64,000 bases of DNA. Source: Octopus vulgaris (Eukaryota). This document shows positions 60,213 through 64,000 of the stretch, piece after piece (positions within the stretch are counted from its first letter, which is position 1; every line of letters begins with the position of its first letter). Where the stretch lies: NCBI GenBank assembly GCA_951406725.2, contig OX597819.1, positions 71,672,001 through 71,736,000 of the forward strand, given 5' to 3'. The notes under the pieces were generated by a model. It had not been told where the DNA came from. It saw nothing but the letters and a program-made list of their open reading frames with translations, and ran no database searches. The position numbers were made by a program, and so were the translations under genes.

Positions 60213-61106
60213 CTCCTCAGATATATATATATATCAATTACTGTTCTGTTAAAGTAAGATCAATAAAAAGTACTTCATCCAATAAGAGGTAAATATCAAT
60301 TATTGTACGCAGTTTAAAAATGCGAGTTACCATTAGGTTCTTGCGGTGAAGACACGTGTCCAAGCAGGATTTTATAACATGGGTTGTACCTCCAAGAACT
60401 CTGCATGCTTTGAGAACATTGTTCTAATTGAAAATCAGAACACTGCCTCATGAGAAACTCTGAGAAGGAGACTGATGCAATATGTGGAAGTTGCCGTGCG
60501 GCAAAATCCATTCACATGTGATTTGTTTGCCCTGGGCTATATTACCAGATTGTTGTCCAAGTTGCCACGCAGTGGGACTGAACCCGAGACCTTGTAGAAA
60601 CAAGTCACACAGGCATGCCTGTGCCAACCTTTATTCGGTCAAGCACATAAAAACAGCCTCTCTCACACCGAATCGCTTCTATGGAATTTTATACACGTCT
60701 GTATACGATTGCTGAAAGGAATATGAGTTGTCGACGAAAAGATGTATTGCAATCAGGTGGATTTGGAAAACGTAAAGGAAGAAAGCTTTATAGCTTGAAA
60801 GATATGCGTGTGCATGTGCGAGTGCGTATGTGTGCGCGTGCGTACGCGTGTGTGTGTGTGTGAGTGTTTATGTGTGTGTATGTATGTATACAGTGCTTGT
60901 GTATGTGTATGTATGTTTATATATGTGTATGTATTTATATGTATATACATGTGCTCACTCGCACGCGTATGTGTGCGTGTGGTTGTTTATGTGTATGTTT
61001 ATGTACGTATACCAGTATATACCTTTATATATGTGTGTATATATATATATACATGCATATATAAATATATATATATATACATAATATATATGTATTTGTA
61101 TGTATA

Positions 61107-61158
<52 letters not shown>

Positions 61159-61199
61159 AACCTATATAGTATATACATGCATATATACATACATATATA

Positions 61200-62460
61200 G
61201 AGAGAGGGACTGAGAGAAAATAAATTAGATGCAAGACGGAAGGAAGGACGGACGAAAACAGGGGAAAAGGAAGGAAGAAAGAGGGAAAGAAAGAGTGAAA
61301 GATGCAAACAAAAGAAGGATGAAAGGAAGTGAGTGAATGAGTTATTGAAAATCTGGTCTTACATATTCTTCAAACAAAAGGAAACCGAGATAGAGGCGAG
61401 ATATTTCCGTTGTACTTCCTCTGGGCATGATGGCGTCTTTAAGAATCAGAGGAGAGAGTGATTGCGGGTTAGTTAAAAGCTGGGGAAGAAAGAACAGTGA
61501 AGGAAATGCAGAGAGAGCGAGTGAGAGGAAACGTGTGTGAAAGGGAGGAGGATAGGTGGAGAGTAATAAGGAGAAATGATGTAGATGTAGGAGGGGGAAT
61601 GAGGAAGTGACTGTATGAGTTTGTGTGAGAGGGTGTAAGTGAGAGTGAGGGAGATAAAGAAGAATAAGACAATGCATGTGAGGGCGAAGGAGAAAGAATG
61701 GGAGTGAGAAGCATCAGAAAGTAAGAGAAAAGAGCGTGCATGAGAAGGGAGATAAGAAAGGAAATGCATTGGAAAGTAAAGAGATAGAGAGTAATAGTTG
61801 AGTAAAATCGAAGGTGAGAAAGAATAAGAGAGAGAGAGAGAGAGAGATAAAGCAAATAAGTTGAGATGGAGAGAGAGAAACTGAAAAGGAGAGAGAGTGA
61901 AAGGGACTCAAAGAGAGAGAGAAGGAAAGTAGATTGATGTGTTTGAGAGTAAGAGAGAAGGAGAATGGGAAAGAGGCTGACATTGACGAAGAAAATGGCG
62001 GAGAAAGAAGAAGTAATAGAAACGATGGGCGGAAAGGATGGGAAGAAGGTAAACGAAAGGAAGTGTGTGTGTGTTTGTGTGTGTATGTGTGTGTGTGTTT
62101 GTGTATGTGTGTGTGTGTGTGTGTGTGTGTACTAGAGTGAGACATTGTCTTTGTATGTGTTTGTGTGCAAGAGAGAGAGAGACAGAGAGAGAGACGTCGT
62201 AAAACAAAAGAGGGAAATCATGACAGGCAGAGAAGAGAGATACAGTATATTTAAAAAGGGAGAGAAAAAGGTGGTGGGACAAAGAGAAAACAAACAGGTA
62301 GACAGTATATTTAAACAGAGAGAAAGAGAGATAGGGTGGATGGTCAGAGAAGAGAAAGAGAGGCAGGAAACTTAAAGAGAGAGAGAGAGAGAATAATCTT
62401 TAACTGGGAGAGAGGGTGAGACAGACAAAGAAGAGAGAGAGAGAGTAGTGAGAAAATTAA
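61200..62460 (+). repeat. Purine-rich (G/A) low-complexity tract
   Basis: About 1.2 kb strongly A/G-biased on the + strand, with (GA)n and (GT)n runs. Confidence 0.85.
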
Positions 62461-64000
62461 AGCTAGAGAAGCAGTTTTGATCGGAGTTCAGTGTTGTAGA
62501 TGAGGTGTAGGTCATGTCCACCTCCTCGGTTTCTGTTAGTATACGTTAGACTATGTTAGTGTATGTTAGGGTGAACTTCAATCTAACACCTGATTACTGA
62601 CATTGAATAAATTAACTATTGAACTGTGGTGTTCAAAGAATCGTTTCACTGGAAGCTACTTATTGAATATTGGGAATTGATTAATGATTTATCGTTTAGT
62701 ATACGACAGGTACTCATGTTATCGACCCGGGTAAATGAGAAAATTTTTCGGCACCTGCTGAAATCAAACAGAAAACAGTGAGTAAATATAGTTTCTAGAA
62801 ATAGCAACGAAGTCTCCTTTAAACCACATCCTATTGTTTTAAATAAGAAAAGAACACCATAGATTATATAGTAATTCTCTTAAAAATTCTCGACTTCCTA
62901 CTCCGAATCCCCCACCTGATTCTTTTCCTCTCGGTGTCTACAAACGGAGTACTGTGGAGTACAAGACGGGAATTGAAAGCCGATATCTGATGTTGAATGC
63001 ATTGAATGCATTTCTTCACAGAATACTCAAAGGACTGAATCACAAACGCTGAAGTCTTAAGAAGAATCAGTGTGCGGAGCCTGCAGAAGACTGTGGCGGA
63101 AAGAAGAGTGAGACTTGCTGGTCATATTTTTCCGTCTGTCAGAAAGACGAATACTCAAAACATCTCTATAATATGTACCAACAAAAGAACGAAAAAACAG
63201 ATGGAGACACAAGAAGACATGGTGTGCTATCTTCGAAAAAGTCCTTAAGTGACTTAGCATCACCTGGGTTGATGCAAGCTACTCTGCTCAAAAGTAGAAT
63301 GATTGCAGACGTGTTGCTGCTCTATGTACGGCACTAACGGTTTACCAACCGGTTTCAGGGAAATCATACAAAACTGGACATTCAAAGATTTTCGAAACAA
63401 AACTACCACGTCACCGCACGATCTGCATCGGGTAAAATAATGCATTTACCTTTTTCCCATCGAAGATAGACTTGCGTTAGGGCTTGTGCTCGCTCTCGAA
63501 ATTCTGGACTCGATGATGGCAACCGGATCTATGTCTATTAATTTAAAATAACTGAACAAGTAACATTCTTCCTAAGCCGATACAGGGAACTTGCATTTAT
63601 ACATCTTGATATGGTACAGCAACGTTGGTTAGAAATTGATAGAGTTCATTCAAGTTTACTTTGGAGGACGATTTGTATACAGGCATCCCGATGTAGTGGT
63701 TAATTTACTTGAAAGACCCCTAAAAAGTAGTTTTGGTCTCTCTAGTTCGGAATAGTTCGATTTCTTATCAGAACTTATTCTTTCGTGTCATGTCGACATA
63801 TAATGAATTTTCCAGAAAACTGTGGTGGAAAGAAGAATCAGACTTGCAGGTCACACTCTTCTTTATAGCTCCGGCACCACCAATGGTGGCGGTGGTATTG
63901 GTGGTGTTGCTGATGGTATTGTGCTCGTAGTTGTTGTTAGTGCTTTAGATAGTATTGCTGCTGTTGTCTATTTTGTTTTTGCTGCAGTTGTTGATTGTGT

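Overview
AT-rich, microsatellite-saturated eukaryotic DNA with no confidently identifiable host protein-coding gene. Almost all ORFs in the track are artefacts of (TA)n, (CA)n, (TACA)n, (TATC)n or (AAT)n repeats. The repeat content resembles a coleoid cephalopod genome, most likely Octopus (inference from the tRNA-derived SINE families and microsatellite load). The window holds several tRNA-derived SINE families, a 5'-truncated CR1-group LINE with an open RT ORF (57955-59532), RTE and CR1 relics, a decayed Tc1 transposon, foldback and piggyBac-type MITEs, and many Penelope-like element (PLE) fragments (RT and GIY-YIG). The most striking hidden structure is a dense set of minimal type-I hammerhead ribozyme (HHR) motifs, mostly in fold-back insertions beside (TA)n tracts. 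These include a young, non-coding ~554-bp HHR-bearing tandem/inverted unit at 39.8-41.4 kb that looks like a retrozyme (circular-RNA-derived retroelement). Two apparent LINE/SINE pairs sharing 3' tails can also be read directly from the sequence. Coordinates were counted by eye, so edges may be a few bases off.
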